From the NCBI GenBank assembly GCA_964016885.1, contig CAXHJY010001231.1, forward strand, positions 1 through 22,298: a stretch of 22,298 nt of DNA, read 5' to 3'. This stretch comes from Eledone cirrhosa (lineage: Eukaryota). The notes beneath the pieces are model-generated. The model saw only the letters and a list, made by a program, of their open reading frames with translations, was not told where the DNA came from and searched no databases. Each line of letters opens with the position of its first letter. Within the stretch, counting starts at the first letter, position 1. This document shows, piece after piece, positions 16,719 through 22,298 of the stretch. A program made the translations under genes and the position numbers.

Positions 16719-19700
16719 TTGCCTTCGATATATGATGGATGGATGGATGGACGGACGGACTGCGGAATCCTGGAGAGTGGAAAGGAGAGAAAAATCTGGA
16801 CGCCCAGAGCGAAAATGCCAAAGTTCAAGTCAAATTCACCTCGTGGACGAGAATGCGAGCACTCCTCTTTGTTTCGTCCGCGGATGGCTAACATAACCCT
16901 ATCTCCTCCCGCCCCCCACCACCCCCACCCTCCAAACGCAACCCAAAACTTCAGAGTTGGTACCATAAATGTAGGCACCCTAAAGGGTCGCGCTAACGAG
17001 GTTGTAGAAATGCTTGAACGTAAGGAGGTCGATGTTTGTTGTATTCAAGAGACCAGGTGGAGGGGTGGGTCTGCTAGATTCATTGAGGGTAAAAAACGAT
17101 GTTATAAGCTTTTCTGGGTGGGAAACGACGATGGGCTGGGTGGAGTAGGAATCATGGTAGCAGAAAAGTGGGCAGATAAGATAATAGACGTAAATAGAGT
17201 GAACGACAGAATAATTAAAATAAGACTTGTCCTCAATAGAACTACGGTGACAGTAATATCTGCGTACGCACCCCAATCCGGACTGCCCGGCACTATAAAA
17301 GACAGATTCTATGAGACACTGTTGCTAACTACCTCCCAAATATCTGACAGTGACTATATAATTATTGCAGGCGACCTAAATGGTCACGTTGGACAACATT
17401 GTGACGGCTATGACGAAATCCATGGAGGCTATGGGTTTGGTACTAGAAATGAGGAAGGCTCCAGAATTCTGGAATACTGTGATGCAAATAACCTAACTAT
17501 CTGTAACACTAACTTCAAAAAACGTGACAATCACCTGATTACCTATAGATCCGGGGAACACACAAGCCAGGTAGATTATATCCTTACCAGAAGACGTGAC
17601 AGAGTGTCTGTTGTAAACACTAAATCCCTCCCCCATGAAGAATGCACCTCCCAACATAGACTGATAATTAGCGACCTCATAGTCAGGACGAGACGCACCC
17701 GACAGCAGAAGAGGACTATCCTCAGGAGGAAAATATGGAAACTAAAGGACCCCACAGCCAGAAATAAATTTCAAAGCATATTACTTGATGCTTTCGACAG
17801 TAAGGAAGAGCATCTAGAATCGGACAATATAGAGGGACAGTGGAAATTTCTGAAAGCAAACCTGCTGTTGGCGACAGACGAAGTCTGTGGCTGGAGCAGG
17901 CCTGTAGGCAGGAGGAGAGTAACATGGTGGTGGAACAATAGGGTGGAGGGGTCAATTAAGGCCAAAAAGCAGGCTTGGAAAGTATGGCGGGATGGGGGAA
18001 GTAGAGTAGACTATCAAGTGGCCAGGAGGGAAGCTAGGAGAGAAGTGTACTTAGCAAGAAGGGAAGCTGAGGAAAGAAAGTTCAAGCATGTTCTACAACG
18101 CGATGACCAAAAACGTGAGGTGTTCAGGATTGCCAGGCAATGCGTCAAGGAAAACCGTGATATTGTCGGGGAGAAGTGTGTACTTAACGATGATGGCATA
18201 CTTGCCATCACCGACACTGATAAGAAGGTAGCTTGGAAGTGTCACTATGAAAGGCTACTAAATGAGGAGAATAAATGGGAGAAAGACAGTCTCCCCCTTA
18301 TCGACCCGATAGAGGGACCAGCAGTGTTAGTCGAGGGGAGTATAATAAGTAAGGCAATCAAGGATATGAAGACTGGTAAGGCGGCTGGGCCTTCGGAAAT
18401 AGTTGCTGAGATGCTGAAGGCATCTGGCACGGTGGGACACACCATGGTCACCCGCATAGTTAACCAAGTCGTACAGAATGGGGTTGTTCCGAAGGACTGG
18501 CATAGCAGCATCATCGTTAACTGTTATAAGGGTAAAGGAGACGCCCTAGATAGGAGTAACTATAGAGGCATTAAACTAATCGACCAGGTCATGAAGGTCA
18601 CGGAAAAAGTAATAGCGCAACTAATCAGAGAGAGAATTGATCTAGATGAAATGCAGTTCGGGTTTGTGTCAGGCAAAAGCACCACAGACGCTCTTTTCAT
18701 AGTACGACAACTACAGGAGAAGTACCTAGCTAAAGGTAAACCCCTCTACTTAGCTTTTGTCGACCTGGAGAAAGCCTTCGACAGAGTCCCCCGCTCCATT
18801 ATCTGGTGGGCTCTTAGAAAACTAGGCGTTGACGAATGGCTTGTGAGGGCTATACAAGCCATGTATAAAGAAACAGTCAGCAAGGTTAGAATTAACAACG
18901 AATATAGTGAAGAGTTTAGCGTAAAAGTTGGCGTCCATCAGGGCTCTGTTCTCAGCCCCCTACTATTTATTATTGCCCTTCAGGCTATAACAGAGGAGTT
19001 CAAGACAGGCTGCCCATGGGAACTCCTATACGCAGACGACCTGACACTCATAGCGGAATCAATGGCCGAGCTAGAGAAGAAATTCCAAACATGGAAGCAC
19101 GGCCTAGAGTCAAAAGGACTTAAAATTAACCTGGCTAAGACCAAAGTTCTAGTTTGTAGGAAAGAAAACAAGGCGGCGGTCCCTTCTGGGAAATGGTCGT
19201 GCTCGGTATGTAGGAAAGGCGTAGGTAGAAACTCCATCTTATGTCCTAAATGCAAAGTATGGGTGCATAAAAGATGTAGTGGGATCACAGGTAAGCTAAC
19301 TAAGAACATAGACTTTACATGTGGCCGGTGTTCTGGTGCAATAAGTAGCAGCAAGTGCCCACAAAATACTAGCTCTTTCAATTGCGCAGAGGGTTCTATA
19401 GAAATAGTGGACAGCTTCCGTTACCTGGGCGATAAAATCAGCAGTGGGGGAGGGTGCTCTGAAAGTACTGTAGCTAGAGTCAGAACTGGTTGGAAAAAGT
19501 TCAGAGAGCTTATACCACTATTAGCTGCTAAAGGGTTCTCCCTAAAAATGAAAGGCAGGTTGTACGATGCCTGCATACGAACAGCAATGTTGCATGGTAG
19601 TGAGACCTGGGCATTGTGTGAAGAGGATATACGCAGACTAGAGAGGAACGAAGCTTGCATGCTCCGCTGGATGTGTAACAGTAATATACGTGAACGGCAA

Positions 19701-19997
19701 AGCATAAACGAACTAAGGAAAAAATTAGAGATAAGAGGGATCAGATGTTGTTTACTCGAGAGAAGGCTGCGTTGGTATGGACACGTGATGCGCATGAAAG
19801 TCGATAGCTGTATTACAAAGTGCAGGGCAATAAAGATAGACGGTAGCCACGGAATAGGCAGACCTAGAAAAACATGGGATGAGCTGATAAACTCCGACCT
19901 CACACACTTACACCTCTCCAAGACAATGTCACTGGACCGTGACCTTTGGCGGTACTCAGTAACAGAGAAGACCCGCCTTGCCAGTAGGCATATCTAA
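16719..19997 (+). CDS. RTE-type polyprotein: AP-like endonuclease + reverse transcriptase with internal PHD finger (true start uncertain: ATG at 16743, 16815 or 16884)
   Basis: EN motifs GTINVGTL, IQETRW, SAYAPQ, AGDLNGHVG, SQVDYIL, SQHRL; RT motifs [39 protein letters not shown]; RTE C-terminal [10 protein letters not shown] and GRPRKTW. Confidence 0.95.
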   Translation: MPSIYDGWMDGRTDCGILESGKERKIWTPRAKMPKFKSNSPRGRECEHSSLFRPRMANITLSPPAPHHPHPPNATQNFRVGTINVGTLKGRANEVVEMLERKEVDVCCIQETRWRGGSARFIEGKKRCYKLFWVGNDDGLGGVGIMVAEKWADKIIDVNRVNDRIIKIRLVLNRTTVTVISAYAPQSGLPGTIKDRFYETLLLTTSQISDSDYIIIAGDLNGHVGQHCDGYDEIHGGYGFGTRNEEGSRILEYCDANNLTICNTNFKKRDNHLITYRSGEHTSQVDYILTRRRDRVSVVNTKSLPHEECTSQHRLIISDLIVRTRRTRQQKRTILRRKIWKLKDPTARNKFQSILLDAFDSKEEHLESDNIEGQWKFLKANLLLATDEVCGWSRPVGRRRVTWWWNNRVEGSIKAKKQAWKVWRDGGSRVDYQVARREARREVYLARREAEERKFKHVLQRDDQKREVFRIARQCVKENRDIVGEKCVLNDDGILAITDTDKKVAWKCHYERLLNEENKWEKDSLPLIDPIEGPAVLVEGSIISKAIKDMKTGKAAGPSEIVAEMLKASGTVGHTMVTRIVNQVVQNGVVPKDWHSSIIVNCYKGKGDALDRSNYRGIKLIDQVMKVTEKVIAQLIRERIDLDEMQFGFVSGKSTTDALFIVRQLQEKYLAKGKPLYLAFVDLEKAFDRVPRSIIWWALRKLGVDEWLVRAIQAMYKETVSKVRINNEYSEEFSVKVGVHQGSVLSPLLFIIALQAITEEFKTGCPWELLYADDLTLIAESMAELEKKFQTWKHGLESKGLKINLAKTKVLVCRKENKAAVPSGKWSCSVCRKGVGRNSILCPKCKVWVHKRCSGITGKLTKNIDFTCGRCSGAISSSKCPQNTSSFNCAEGSIEIVDSFRYLGDKISSGGGCSESTVARVRTGWKKFRELIPLLAAKGFSLKMKGRLYDACIRTAMLHGSETWALCEEDIRRLERNEACMLRWMCNSNIRERQSINELRKKLEIRGIRCCLLERRLRWYGHVMRMKVDSCITKCRAIKIDGSHGIGRPRKTWDELINSDLTHLHLSKTMSLDRDLWRYSVTEKTRLASRHI
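19200..19331 (+). other. PHD-type zinc finger (C4HC3) inside the RT domain
   Basis: CSVC-X10-CPKC-X4-H-X2-C-X14-CGRC located between [10 protein letters not shown] and FRYLG. Confidence 0.85.
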
Positions 19998-20289
19998 CAA
20001 AATACACCCCTCCCGCCGCCACCCCCACCCCATCCACACCACCCCGTTCTATGTAAAGTTATGTTGGTGCCGCGCCTTCCAGGCCGAAACAAATGAGATC
20101 GTGTAGGTGTCACGACAAAAAAACACACAGTCCACGCTGTAATGTGGCCGTGTAGGCAACACGGTAAAAACCTCCCAGACCCACACTGTAAATGTGGTTG
20201 GTGTTAGGAAGGGCATCCAACTGTAGAAAACCTGCCAGACAGTCCTATGCGAGCAAGACAATCACTCTTGCCTCAAGTGGGACTACCCC

Positions 20290-20322
20290 CGTCCAAACCC
20301 ATGCAAGCGTGGAACACGGACG
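20290..20322 (+). promoter_or_regulatory. 3'-terminal stem-loop before the (GAT)n tail, putative RT recognition element
   Basis: CGTCC/GGACG outer stem and CCATG-caag-CGTGG inner stem; present in all tailed copies, with mismatches in the diverged 11312 copy. Confidence 0.55.
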
Positions 20323-20355
20323 TTAAACGTTGATGATGATGATGATGATGATGAT

Positions 20356-20464
20356 ATATATATATATACTATATATGTATATATATATACTATATATATA
20401 TATACTATATATATATGTATATACTATATATATGTATATACTATATATATGTATATACTATATA

Positions 20465-20500
<36 letters not shown>

Positions 20501-20927
20501 TATATATATATATATATATATATATACTATATATATATATATATATATATACTATATATATATACTATATATATATAAATATACTATATATATATATATA
20601 TACTATATATATATATATATATATATACTATATACATATACTATATATATATAAATATACTATATATATATAAATATACTATATATATATAAATATACTA
20701 TATATATATATATATACTATATATATATACTATATATATATAAATATACTATATATATACTATATATATATACTATATATATATAAATATACTATATATA
20801 TATATATATATATATAAATTTTCTATATATATATATACTATATATATACTATATATATTTATATATACTATATATATATATATATACTATATATATATAT
20901 ACTATATATATATATATACTATATATA
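20356..20927. repeat. (TA)n microsatellite with TACTA / TAAATATAC variants
   Basis: Direct reading. Confidence 0.97.
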
Positions 20928-22153
20928 TAACCTGGCTAAGACCAAAGTTCTAGTTTGTAGGAAAGAAAACAAGGCGGCGGTCCCTTCTGGGAAATGGTCG
21001 TGCTCGGTATGTAGGAAAGGCGTAGGTAGAAACTCCATCTTATGTCCTAAATGCAAAGTATGGGTGCATAAAAGATGTAGTGGGATCACAGGTAAGCTAA
21101 CTAAGAACATAGACTTTACATGTGGCCGGTGTTCTGGTGCAATAAGTAGCAGCAAGTGCCCACAAAATACTAGCTCTTTCAATTGCGCAGAGGGTTCTAT
21201 AGAAATAGTGGACAGCTTCCGTTACCTGGGCGATAAAATCAGCAGTGGGGGAGGGTGCTCTGAAAGTACTGTAGCTAGAGTCAGAACTGGTTGGAAAAAG
21301 TTCAGAGAGCTTATACCACTATTAGCTGCTAAAGGGTTCTCCCTAAAAATGAAAGGCAGGTTGTACGATGCCTGCATACGAACAGCAATGTTGCATGGTA
21401 GTGAGACCTGGGCATTGTGTGAAGAGGATATACGCAGACTAGAGAGGAACGAAGCTTGCATGCTCCGCTGGATGTGTAACAGTAATATACGTGAACGGCA
21501 AAGCATAAACGAACTAAGGAAAAAATTAGAGATAAGAGGGATCAGATGTTGTTTACTCGAGAGAAGGCTGCGTTGGTATGGACACGTGATGCGCATGAAA
21601 GTCGATAGCTGTATTACAAAGTGCAGGGCAATAAAGATAGACGGTAGCCACGGAATAGGCAGACCTAGAAAAACATGGGATGAGCTGATAAACTCCGACC
21701 TCACACACTTACACCTCTCCAAGACAATGTCACTGGACCGTGACCTTTGGCGGTACTCAGTAACAGAGAAGACCCGCCTTGCCAGTAGGCATATCTAACA
21801 AAATACACCCCTCCCGCCGCCACCCCCACCCCATCCACACCACCCCGTTCTATGTAAAGTTATGTTGGTGCCGCGCCATCCAGGCCGAAACAAATGAGAT
21901 CGTGTAGGTGTCACGACAAAAAAACACACAGTCCACGCTGTAATGTGGCCGTGTAGGCAACACGGTAAAAACCTCCCAGACCCACACTGTAAATGTGGTT
22001 GGTGTTAGGAAGGGCATCCAACTGTAGAAAACCTGCCAGACAGTCCTATGCGAGCAAGACAATCACTCTTGCCTCAAGTGGGACTACCCCCGTCCAAACC
22101 CATGCAAGCGTGGAACACGGACGTTAAACGCTGATGATGATGATGATGATGAT
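20928..22153 (+). mobile_element. 5'-truncated RTE copy, almost identical to 19127-20355 of the full-length copy
   Basis: Constant offset of 1801 bp; ORF ends KTRLASRHI* at 21798; two substitutions noticed in the 3' UTR; (TGA)n tail. Confidence 0.96.
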
Positions 22154-22159
22154 ATATAC

Positions 22160-22254
<95 letters not shown>

Positions 22255-22298
22255 CATATATATATACATATATATATACAAATACATATATATATATA
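22154..22298. repeat. Interrupted (TA)n microsatellite
   Basis: Direct reading. Confidence 0.95.

Larger units (their letters stand above)
15811..20355 (+). mobile_element. Full-length RTE-clade non-LTR retrotransposon (~4.5 kb): repeat-rich 5' region, single EN-RT ORF, ~330-bp 3' UTR, (TGA)8 tail
   Basis: Intact ORF; tail at 20331-20355; (TA)n on both sides. The 5' boundary is inferred from the end of the microsatellite and from the AAACATTCATAACC motif shared between ~15862 and ~16454. Confidence 0.9.

Noticed and set aside
16670-21722. Antisense ORFs overlapping the RTE ORF and 3' UTR
   Set aside because: Shadow frames of the coding strand with no motifs; repeated only because the element is repeated
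22131-22140. CTGATGA resembling a hammerhead core
   Set aside because: It is simply the start of the (TGA)n LINE tail; no stem II or GAAA follows

Overview
Eukaryotic, AT-rich window with no host genes. It is a long interrupted (TA)n microsatellite colonised by three kinds of retroelement. (1) An RTE-clade LINE family is present as one full-length, apparently intact copy (AP endonuclease + RT, with a C4HC3 PHD finger embedded in the RT, and a (GAT)n tail) plus five truncated copies. (2) A 5'-truncated Penelope-like element (RT + GIY-YIG) carries an inverted duplicate of its 3' part, and each arm has a variant hammerhead motif. (3) A 4.6-copy, almost perfect 469-bp non-coding tandem array carries one minimal type I hammerhead ribozyme per unit and folds into many hairpins, so it is a candidate retrozyme (self-cleaving circular RNA) array. 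The sequence style and the LINE 3' tail resemble octopus/cephalopod repeats; this is inference, not verified. The long Tyr/Ile ORFs are microsatellite artefacts.
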